DNA of 64,000 nucleotides from assembly GCA_965199715.1 (NCBI GenBank), contig OZ241322.1, positions 384,001 to 448,000 on the forward strand. The letters are read 5' to 3'. This DNA comes from Vicinamibacteria bacterium (GTDB taxonomy: Bacteria; Acidobacteriota; Vicinamibacteria; Marinacidobacterales; Marinacidobacteraceae). A program made the translations under genes and the position numbers. The notes beneath the pieces were generated by a model. The model was not told the origin of the DNA and ran no database searches. It saw only the letters and a list, made by a program, of their open reading frames with translations. Of the stretch, positions 37,778 through 45,673 are shown in pieces. How positions within the stretch are numbered: position 1 is the stretch's first letter; each line of letters starts with the position of its first letter.

Positions 37778-39987
37778 CCGGCTCCGGGCGCGGCGCGCCG
37801 CCACCCGACGTCGTCGAGAAGGACGTCCCCCGGAGGGTTTCCGACGAAGCTCAGGCGGATCGCGCGGATCGACGCCGGGGCGTCGATCGAGGTGAAGTCG
37901 CGCACCGAGATCGCCCGGTATTGCGGGATCGCCTCGACGAGACGGCGGTACCGCGCCTCGTTCATCCGCGCGGACTTGAGGAAGCGCACCTCGAAGGCCG
38001 GCTCGGGGGAGGCGACTGTCACCGGCTGGAAGCGAGCCTCGGCGCACGGCGCCTCCGGTTCGCAGGCGCCCTCGACCAGCTCGGCCTGCAGCGAGAGCGC
38101 CGGCGGGGGCCGGGACGGGTCGTCCCGGTCGGGGATCCACGTCACCGAGAACACCAGCTCGTCCGCCCCGACCACCTCCTCGCCTTCGGCGAAACGCACC
38201 TCGAACATGGGAGCGTCCGCGTCCGCCTCGATCCGCAGGCGCACCGCCGAGGTGCCCTGCTTCGAGCCGTCGCGGAACAGGACCTCCTCCTCGCGCCAGC
38301 GAGCGAAGCCCTCGGCGTGGAGCGTGGCGCCGGGCGCCGTCCCGGTCGTGAGGTCCAGATCTTCCTCGAACGTCGCGACGGCCCCGGTCCGCCCGTCGGA
38401 GTACTGGTTCAGGTAGGGAACCTCCGGGAGGAAGCGGCGTCCGGCGCGGTAGTCACGGAGCAGCGGAAGCCACTCGGTCTGCCCCAGCAGCGTGACCCGC
38501 AGGAACGCCGCGACGTAGGACGCCGCCACCCGCCGCTGGGTCTCCTCCGACACGAGCGGCGCGCGGTTGATCCACAGCGATCCCGGCAGCCCCGAGTCCA
38601 TTCCCCAGGTGCTGTTGAACTGGCCGTGGTTGCCCCCGTGCAGGAGGAGGCCGGCCTTGACGCCCCACGGAACCTGCCCTTCGAGCGGCCGGCCGCTGAA
38701 GTGCGTCCGGTTGTACTGCCGCAGCCCGTGGAAACTCGGCTCGTCGGTGTCGTGGGTGCCCTGGAGCGCGAGGAAGTGCACGTCGTCGAGCTGGATCCGT
38801 CTCGAATAGCGGCGGTCGATCTGGGCGACGGCCACGACCGACCGGACGCCGAAGCCGTAGTCGAACTCCATGTCGGCGCGGTCGGGAAAGTGGTCGAGCC
38901 GGTTGAACGCGGTCGCGATGGCCGCGGCCTCCCCGCCGCGGGAGTGCCCGACGAGTGCGACGCGGTCGAAATCGAGGCGCCGATGCAGCGGTGATCCGGG
39001 ATCCCGGTCCATCTCCCGAAGCGCGGCCAGGTGCTCGAGCAGCAGGATCCCCCGGGCGGGCATCTCGCGGCCGCCGAAGTCGCCGGACCAGCTCCCGTTG
39101 AGGAAGTTGCCGTCCACCGAGACCGCCGCCACGCCGTGGCTCGCGAGCATTTCGGTGAGGTAGGCGTATCCGGCGTCGGAGAAGTCCTCCATCCGGTGGT
39201 TGCCGTGCACCACGAGCGCGACGGGCCGCCGGTCGCCCGCCTCGACCGCGGGCAGGTGCATCCGGCCGTTGATGGGCGCCTCGTCGATCCCGAACCCCCA
39301 GTACCACTCGCGATGGTCGGCGCGGAATCCGGACCATTCGGGAAGCGCCGGTCCGAGATCCACCGACTCGGTGCGGATCGTCACGCCCTCGCCGTACTCG
39401 GGACGATGCGGATCCCGGCCGCTGCCGTAGGTGAGCGCCTCGACGGCGAACGGCCCGGCGGCCGCGGGATCGTCGCGAAGCGTCGCCGCCGGCGCGCCGG
39501 AATCCAGCGGCGCGCGGGGATACGGGTCCGTCCCCGGATTCAGGAGCCACCACAGTCCGGCGCCGGGCAGCAGGAGGCCGACGAGGACCACCGTCGGCCC
39601 CGTAAATCGGCGGCGGCGGAACGGGTCCGTGACGACTCCGAGGCCGGCGCCCACGAGGAACGCCCCGCCGAGCGCGAGCGCGACGAGCCACGGGAACAGC
39701 TCTGACGGCCACCGAAGCACGTACGCACGCAGGACGAGCATCGCGGCGACGCACGCGACGACCAGCCCGACCGAGTCGGACCGGAACCAGTCGGCGCCGC
39801 TCGCGAAGTACCGGAAGATCGCCGCGGCGGCGGCGACGGCGACGATCCCGCCAAGGCCCGCGACGGCCGCGGCGACCAGCGAGAGCGACCCCGGCGCGTA
39901 CAGGAGCCCGGCGCCGACGTACATTCCGACGACGGCGAGAGCGCACGCGACGCCCCCGGACCGGGCGACGCCTCCGTCTCCTCTCAT
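37774..39987 (-). CDS. Membrane-anchored alpha/beta hydrolase
   Basis: Several N-terminal TMs, VHGNH, GYAYL, GHSRGG nucleophile elbow, NHGQFN. Confidence 0.8.
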   Translation of the reverse strand: MRGDGGVARSGGVACALAVVGMYVGAGLLYAPGSLSLVAAAVAGLGGIVAVAAAAAIFRYFASGADWFRSDSVGLVVACVAAMLVLRAYVLRWPSELFPWLVALALGGAFLVGAGLGVVTDPFRRRRFTGPTVVLVGLLLPGAGLWWLLNPGTDPYPRAPLDSGAPAATLRDDPAAAGPFAVEALTYGSGRDPHRPEYGEGVTIRTESVDLGPALPEWSGFRADHREWYWGFGIDEAPINGRMHLPAVEAGDRRPVALVVHGNHRMEDFSDAGYAYLTEMLASHGVAAVSVDGNFLNGSWSGDFGGREMPARGILLLEHLAALREMDRDPGSPLHRRLDFDRVALVGHSRGGEAAAIATAFNRLDHFPDRADMEFDYGFGVRSVVAVAQIDRRYSRRIQLDDVHFLALQGTHDTDEPSFHGLRQYNRTHFSGRPLEGQVPWGVKAGLLLHGGNHGQFNSTWGMDSGLPGSLWINRAPLVSEETQRRVAASYVAAFLRVTLLGQTEWLPLLRDYRAGRRFLPEVPYLNQYSDGRTGAVATFEEDLDLTTGTAPGATLHAEGFARWREEEVLFRDGSKQGTSAVRLRIEADADAPMFEVRFAEGEEVVGADELVFSVTWIPDRDDPSRPPPALSLQAELVEGACEPEAPCAEARFQPVTVASPEPAFEVRFLKSARMNEARYRRLVEAIPQYRAISVRDFTSIDAPASIRAIRLSFVGNPPGDVLLDDVGWRRAAPGAG

Positions 39988-39999
39988 GCGCCGGCCGGG

Positions 40000-40380
40000 T
40001 CAGTCTCCCCGCAGATAGTCGTCCGTCCCGTCCAGCCAGTCCTGCCGGGGAGGCGTGAAGATGTCCACGTCCAGCGTGTCCTCGAGCGCGATCGCCTTGT
40101 GGGGCACCCACGAGGGGAGGACGAGCACCTCCCCGGCGCGGACGTCGATCGGCTCGGAGTCCTCGGAGTCGATCCAGAACCGGAGCGCCCCCTCGAGGAC
40201 GTAGGTGATCTGCTCGTTGTCGTGGGAGTGCATCGGCACCACCGCGCCCTTGTCGAGGTACACGTGCGTGAGCATGGCCCGCTCGGCGGAGATCATGCGC
40301 CGGCCGATGGAGCCGCTGAGGCGCTCCTTCTCCATGTCGTCCCAGCGCAAATGCCGGACTTGGTCCCGGGGATCGGCCAT
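40000..40380 (-). CDS. Cupin domain protein
   Basis: HSHDNEQ, PSWVPH, DIFTPPRQDW; GGAG RBS. Confidence 0.9.
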   Translation of the reverse strand: MADPRDQVRHLRWDDMEKERLSGSIGRRMISAERAMLTHVYLDKGAVVPMHSHDNEQITYVLEGALRFWIDSEDSEPIDVRAGEVLVLPSWVPHKAIALEDTLDVDIFTPPRQDWLDGTDDYLRGD

Positions 40381-40430
40381 GGCTGCTCCCTTCGCGCCGC
40401 GCGGCGCGGGCCGATCATACCGGCCCGGAG

Positions 40431-40787
40431 TCAGCTCCAATAGCCGGCGGCGAGCCCGAGGACGACTCCGAAGGCGACGGTCAGCACCGGGAACGCCGCG
40501 AGCGCGGCGGCAGCGCGCCCGCCGATCCGCAGCCGGCTCGGAACGAAGACGATGAGCGCCTGGGCGCCGACCGTGCTCCAAAGGCTCACGTAGGCCATGT
40601 CCGGCTGGGCGCAGAACGGGCAGTCGGGCGCCCCCGCAGTCTGAATGTTGCACCACGCGGCGCCGCCCGCCCACAGCCACACGCAGCCACAGTCGTAGAT
40701 GAGGTGGCAGACGTTGATGAAGAAGGTCCCCGCGACCGCGGCCGCGAGCCCGAAAGCGCCGAGCCGGAACAAAGCCGTCCGCATCAT
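40431..40787 (-). CDS. Small Cys-rich membrane protein
   Basis: About three TMs; CHLIYDCGC, WCNI, CPFC. Confidence 0.7.
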   Translation of the reverse strand: MMRTALFRLGAFGLAAAVAGTFFINVCHLIYDCGCVWLWAGGAAWCNIQTAGAPDCPFCAQPDMAYVSLWSTVGAQALIVFVPSRLRIGGRAAAALAAFPVLTVAFGVVLGLAAGYWS

Positions 40788-41467
40788 GCCGGGCATTCTA
40801 CGGGCTGGCGGCGGAGCGCCGCGTCCGCCCGGCGGGTGGGTTCGGGCATGCGGAACCCGTTCCCGCAGGCGAGCGCGAGCTCCACGGCCGTCTCGAGGTC
40901 GAGGAGATGTCCCACGGAAAGGAACATCGGACGGACCCGGTCGCGGGTGCGAAGCGCGGCTCCGACGAGGTCGCCCCGGTGCGTGAGCGGCGTCCGGTCG
41001 CCGCGCCTCGGACCGGGCTCGGCCGCCTCGCCGACGAGGAGGCTCTTCGCCGCTCCCGCGGTCGGGAGGCCGGTCAGGACTCCGAGGTGGCAGGCGAGCC
41101 CGAACCGCCGGGGATGGGCGATCCCCTGCCCGTCGCACAGGATCGCGTCCACCGGAGTCTCGAGCTCGGCGAGCGCCGCTAGGGCCGCCGGAGCTTCCCG
41201 GAAGGAAAGCAGTCCGGGAAGGTAGGGAATGAAGACCGGACGCCGCGCCGTCCGGGTCTCGACGACGCGGCGCTCGGCGACGTCCCAGACCACGGCAGCC
41301 GCGGCGCACGCGCCGCCGAACGGGAAGGCCGCGTCCACGCCGGCGACGCGGCGGGGCCGGAAGCCGGGCGGGGTCTCCGCCCGCACCCGGGGCGCGAGTT
41401 CGCGCTGGATGGCGAGCGCCCCGGCGCGGTCCGTCGCCCATGGATGCGGGACCGGGGGCAGTTTCAC
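40784..41467 (-). CDS. nfi: Endonuclease V
   Basis: AGVD, PYLPGLLSFRE, CDGQGIAHPRRFGLA, GAAK, PEPTRRAD. Confidence 0.95.
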   Translation of the reverse strand: MKLPPVPHPWATDRAGALAIQRELAPRVRAETPPGFRPRRVAGVDAAFPFGGACAAAAVVWDVAERRVVETRTARRPVFIPYLPGLLSFREAPAALAALAELETPVDAILCDGQGIAHPRRFGLACHLGVLTGLPTAGAAKSLLVGEAAEPGPRRGDRTPLTHRGDLVGAALRTRDRVRPMFLSVGHLLDLETAVELALACGNGFRMPEPTRRADAALRRQPVECPA

Positions 41468-41485
41468 GACCGCTATTCTGGCCGC
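41468..41485. promoter_or_regulatory. Bidirectional overlapping -10 elements
   Basis: Plus TATTCT (41474-41479) 6 nt before GTG 41486; minus CAGAAT (41480-41475) 7 nt before GTG 41467. Confidence 0.6.
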
Positions 41486-41803
41486 GTGACCAAGTTCGAT
41501 CGGGTGCACGAACTGGCGCGCGGCATTCCCGAGGGACGGGTCACGACTTACGGGCAGCTCGCTCGCGCCGCGTCCCGGGAGGGGCTGCGGCTGTCCGCCC
41601 GGGCCGCCGGGTGGGCGCTGCGCAACTGCCCCGACGGGGTTCCGTGGCACCGGGTGGTGAACGCCTCCGGCGAGCTCTCGGCGGAACTCCGGGGACAGTG
41701 TCCCGACGGGCTGCAGCGGGCGCTCCTCGAGCGCGAGCGAGTGCGCTTCGACGACGCCGGGCGCGTGCGGCTCGACTCCCATCTCTGGGAGCCCGGCTGC
41801 TAG
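41486..41803 (+). CDS. atl: Alkyltransferase-like (ATL) base-flipping protein
   Basis: IPEGRVTTYGQLA, PWHRVVN (Trp in place of the MGMT Cys), QRALLERE. Confidence 0.9.
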   Translation: MTKFDRVHELARGIPEGRVTTYGQLARAASREGLRLSARAAGWALRNCPDGVPWHRVVNASGELSAELRGQCPDGLQRALLERERVRFDDAGRVRLDSHLWEPGC

Positions 41804-41814
41804 GCTCGCCGGCG

Positions 41815-43131
41815 ATGCCCGAGTTCACCCGAAGGGAGGTGCTGGCCGCCGGCGCCGCGGCCGCCGCCATGCCCCGGGCGGCGGTCGCGGCGCCGCTGGC
41901 CGCGCCCCCGATCCCGCTGGTGCGCATCGGGTTCGTCGGGATCGGCGGGATGGGTTCGGTGCACGTGCGGAACCTGCTCGCGGTGGGAAAGGCCATCGGC
42001 GGTGTGGAGATCCGGGCGCTCTGCGACATCCGGCCCGAACACGCCGAAAGGGCGCGGGAGTGGGTGCGCGAGGCCGGCGGACCGGAGCCGAAGCTCTACA
42101 CGCGGGGAGAACGCGACTTCGAGCGGCTCGCCCAAGAGGAGGACCTCGACCTCGTGTTCACCGCCACGCCGTGGCGCTGGCACGTGCCGGTGATGCTCGC
42201 CGCAATGGAGAACGGCAAGCACGCGGCCACCGAGGTTCCGGCCGCGACCACGATCGACGACTGCTGGCGGCTCGTCGAAACCGCCGAGGCGACGGGTCGC
42301 CACGCGGTGATGATGGAGAACTGCAACTACGGGCGCCACGAGATGCTCGCGTTCCATCTCGTCCGGCTCGGGCTGCTCGGCGAGGTGCTGCACGCCGAGG
42401 GCGGCTATCTCCACGACCTGCGCTCGGTGAAGTTCTCGGATCGGGGCGAGGGACTCTGGCGGCGGGACTGGTCGCGCCTGCGCAACGCCAACCTCTATCC
42501 GACCCACGGGCTCGGGCCGGTGGCCAACTGCATGGACATCGGCCGGGGCGACCGGTTCGACTTCTTGGTCTCGATGAGCGGGCCGTCCCGGGGGCTCCAG
42601 GACTACGCGCGGGAGACCTTCCCCGAGAGCGCCCCCGAGCGCGACGAGCGGTTCCTGCTCGGGGACGTGAACCTGAGCCTCATCCGCACCGCCCGGGGGC
42701 GCACGATCACCGTCGTGCACGACACGAACCTGCCGCGGCCGTATAGCCGCATCCACGTCGTGCAGGGCACGAAGGGGATCGTCAGCGGCTACCCGCATCG
42801 GGTCCACGTCGAGGGGCGCAGCCCGGACCACCGGTGGGAGGACGCTTCGGCGTACTTCGACGAGTTCGAGCACCCGCTGTGGAGGGAGGTCGCGGGCCCC
42901 GGCGAGAACCTCGGGCACGGACGCATGGACTACCTCGAGGACTACCGGTTCATCCGCTGCCTCCAGGAGGGGCTGCCCACCGAGATGAACGTGTACGACG
43001 CCGCCGCGCTCTCGGCGGTCACCGACCTCTCGGAGCGCTCGGCGGCCGATCGGAGCCGACCGGTGGACTTCCCCGACTTCACCCGGGGCGCCTGGCGAAG
43101 CTTCCCGAAGCTGCCGGTCGTCGGGGCCTGA
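41815..43131 (+). CDS. Gfo/Idh/MocA oxidoreductase, GH109-like NAD-dependent glycosidase, Tat-exported
   Basis: TRREVL, GIGGMG, ATPW, EVP, MENCNY, YLHDLR, YPTHGLGP, HGRMD. Confidence 0.88.
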   Translation: MPEFTRREVLAAGAAAAAMPRAAVAAPLAAPPIPLVRIGFVGIGGMGSVHVRNLLAVGKAIGGVEIRALCDIRPEHAERAREWVREAGGPEPKLYTRGERDFERLAQEEDLDLVFTATPWRWHVPVMLAAMENGKHAATEVPAATTIDDCWRLVETAEATGRHAVMMENCNYGRHEMLAFHLVRLGLLGEVLHAEGGYLHDLRSVKFSDRGEGLWRRDWSRLRNANLYPTHGLGPVANCMDIGRGDRFDFLVSMSGPSRGLQDYARETFPESAPERDERFLLGDVNLSLIRTARGRTITVVHDTNLPRPYSRIHVVQGTKGIVSGYPHRVHVEGRSPDHRWEDASAYFDEFEHPLWREVAGPGENLGHGRMDYLEDYRFIRCLQEGLPTEMNVYDAAALSAVTDLSERSAADRSRPVDFPDFTRGAWRSFPKLPVVGA

Positions 43132-43132
43132 G

Positions 43133-43921
43133 TCAGCGGCCGGGGCCGCGCTCCGGCGGGATCGGCGTCACCGCGCCGCGGCGGACCACCCAGCGGCCGT
43201 CCCGGAAGACCTCGGCCACGTTCGCGATCGCGCCGACGTCGGTCAGCGGGTCTCCCTCCACCACGAGCACGTCCGCGAGCTTGCCGACCTCGAGGCTTCC
43301 AAGCTCGTCGCCCATGCCGAGGGCCCGGGCGCTGTCGAGCGTGCCCGCCAGCAGCGCCTCGGCCTCGGTGAACCCGGCCTCGACACGCGCCTCCAGCTCC
43401 CGGACGTAGGCGCGGGGAAGGTCGCGGAAGCCGTCTCCGGCGAGCCCGAGTCCGACCCCCTCGACCTCGAGGGCGCGGTCGGCGAGGAAGATCCTGGGTC
43501 CGGGGATGCGGTTCTCCCGCACCCAGTCCCGCAGCGCGGACGCGACGGCGCCCGCCGAACCGACATCCCGGATCGACGTGATTCCGGACCAGAGGTACAG
43601 ATGGAGGCGCTCCAGCGCGCGGAGCGTCTGGCGCGCCGGATCGTCGGGTTCGGAGTCGGCGAGGCGCGCTTCGACGTCGATCAGGCCGGGCAGCACCGTG
43701 TGACCGGTCACGTCCAGCACGCGCGATCCCTCGGGCCACCCGGTCTCCCCCTCGGGGAGGAGCGCGGCGATCCGGTTGCGCTCCATGACGAGGGTCCCGA
43801 TTCGCGAATCGGATCCGGTCCCGTCGAACACGAAGCCGCCCCAGAGCACCGTGGTCCCCTCCGGCCCCTGCGCCCCGATCAGTGCAAGGGCGAGCGGGAG
43901 AAGCGCGAACGCGCGCCGCAC
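43133..43921 (-). CDS. Shortened amidohydrolase-fold protein lacking the metal ligands
   Basis: PGLIDVEAR (HxH lost), GITSIRDVG, GSLEVGKLADVLVVEGDP; only 262 aa. Confidence 0.7.
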   Translation of the reverse strand: MRRAFALLPLALALIGAQGPEGTTVLWGGFVFDGTGSDSRIGTLVMERNRIAALLPEGETGWPEGSRVLDVTGHTVLPGLIDVEARLADSEPDDPARQTLRALERLHLYLWSGITSIRDVGSAGAVASALRDWVRENRIPGPRIFLADRALEVEGVGLGLAGDGFRDLPRAYVRELEARVEAGFTEAEALLAGTLDSARALGMGDELGSLEVGKLADVLVVEGDPLTDVGAIANVAEVFRDGRWVVRRGAVTPIPPERGPGR

Positions 43922-43922
43922 G

Positions 43923-45650
43923 TCAGGCCTGATGCATCGTCTTGCCGCCCACCACGGTGCGGTGGATGGCGATCTCCTTCAGGCGGTCCGGCTCGTTCTC
44001 GGCGACGTCGTGCGGGTCTTCCTCGAGCACCACGAAGTCGGCCAGCTTGCCGATCTTGATGCTCCCCTTGATGTTCTCCTCGAAGGAGGCCCACGCGCCG
44101 TTGATCGTGCCGATGCGCAGCGCCTCGTCCATGTTCACCTTCTGGTTGTCGCCCCAGATGCGGCCTTGGGTGTCCTTGCGGGTGATCATGGCCTGGAGCG
44201 CCATCATCGGCTCGTAGGGCCCGGGGACGTAGTCGGAGGCGCCCGCGACCTTGATGTCGTGGTCGAGGAAGGATCGGTGGGCGAACATCCACTTCATCTT
44301 TTCCTCGCCGTACTCCACCCACTTGTTCCCGTGGTAGTGGACATAGGTCCAGAACGGGGTCGGAATCGAGCCGGTGTCGTGGATCCGCCGGAGCAGCTCC
44401 GGGTTCACGAGCGAGCAGTGTTCGATGCGGTGGCGCGCGTCCCTCGGGGCCTCGGCCAGCACCTTCTCGTAGGCGTCGAGCACGTAGCCGATCGTGAGGT
44501 CGCCGTTGGCGTGGATGCCGATGTGGAAGTCGTGGGCGTGCGACTCCTCCACCGCCTCCATGATCTCCTCGGGGGTCATGGTCAGGATGCCGTGGTCGTC
44601 GGTGCCCTCGTAGGGGGTGCTCATGTACATCGTGCGGCCCGACGCCGAGCCGTCCGCCCCGTACTTGACCGCTCCGATGCGCAGCCACTCGTTGCCGAAC
44701 CCCCGGTGGATGCCCGCTTCCTTGAGGCCGGAGTAGAGGTCGGAAGCCGCCGAGGCGAAGTAGTACATCCGGTAGCGGAGCTCGCCGGCGGCGTAGGCGT
44801 CCTCGAGCGCCCGGAGGCCCTCGGAGTCGCCGCCGGTCTGGTGCACGCTCGTGATCCCGGCGGCGGTCATGAGCTGCGACATGTGGGCCACGCCCGCCTG
44901 GTAGTCGGCCCTCGCGTAGACCCGGCGCTCGCCCACGCCCCGGAAGACGTCCTGCGCCTTCTCCTCGACGAGGCCGGTGAGTTCGCCGCTCGCGTCCTTC
45001 TCGAACCGGCCGCCCGGCGGATCGGCGATGTTGCGATCGACTCCGGCCATCTCGAACGCCTTCGAGTTGTACCACGCGATGTGGCCGCCCCGGTGGGAGA
45101 CCCGCACCGGCACGTGGAGCGCCGCCTCGTCCAGATCCTGGCGGGTGATGCGCCGGTACTCACCGCTCTCGTCGGTGACCTTGGTGTCGTCGTACTTGAA
45201 GCCGTCCACCCAGTAGCCGGCCCGGGTGTCGGCGGCGGCGGCCCGGATGGCGAGCTTGATGTCGTCGATGGTGCGGACGTCGAGGTTCACCTCGAACAGA
45301 TCGCGCATCCCGCCCGGATGGCAGTGGGCGTCGATGAACCCCGGCACGACCGTCATGCCTCCCGCGTCCACGACCTCGGTGGCCGGGCCGGCGAGGTTCA
45401 TCACGTCGTCGTTGGAGCCGACCGCGACGAACTTGCCGTGGTTCACGGCGAGCGCCTCGGCGCGGTCCATGGTCGCCGCTCCCTCGCCGTACTCGGCGGT
45501 GTACACCCGCGCGTTGCGGACGATCATCTGCGGCGGCGCGGAGCCGCCCCCGCCCTGGCCGCACGCGGTCGCGAGCCCGGCCGCCGCGGCGGCTCCGCTG
45601 AGCTTCAGGAACTCGGCGCGGCTGACGTTCTTCTGGAGCAAACGGGACAT
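43923..45650 (-). CDS. Amidohydrolase_3 (YtcJ-like) metallo-hydrolase, exported lipoprotein
   Basis: PGFIDAHCH, KYGADGS, HANGD, RIEH, ASD, GKLADFVVL; signal peptide ending LATAC. Confidence 0.9.
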   Translation of the reverse strand: MSRLLQKNVSRAEFLKLSGAAAAAGLATACGQGGGGSAPPQMIVRNARVYTAEYGEGAATMDRAEALAVNHGKFVAVGSNDDVMNLAGPATEVVDAGGMTVVPGFIDAHCHPGGMRDLFEVNLDVRTIDDIKLAIRAAAADTRAGYWVDGFKYDDTKVTDESGEYRRITRQDLDEAALHVPVRVSHRGGHIAWYNSKAFEMAGVDRNIADPPGGRFEKDASGELTGLVEEKAQDVFRGVGERRVYARADYQAGVAHMSQLMTAAGITSVHQTGGDSEGLRALEDAYAAGELRYRMYYFASAASDLYSGLKEAGIHRGFGNEWLRIGAVKYGADGSASGRTMYMSTPYEGTDDHGILTMTPEEIMEAVEESHAHDFHIGIHANGDLTIGYVLDAYEKVLAEAPRDARHRIEHCSLVNPELLRRIHDTGSIPTPFWTYVHYHGNKWVEYGEEKMKWMFAHRSFLDHDIKVAGASDYVPGPYEPMMALQAMITRKDTQGRIWGDNQKVNMDEALRIGTINGAWASFEENIKGSIKIGKLADFVVLEEDPHDVAENEPDRLKEIAIHRTVVGGKTMHQA

Positions 45651-45673
45651 GGTCGCCTCCTGAGAAAACCCAA

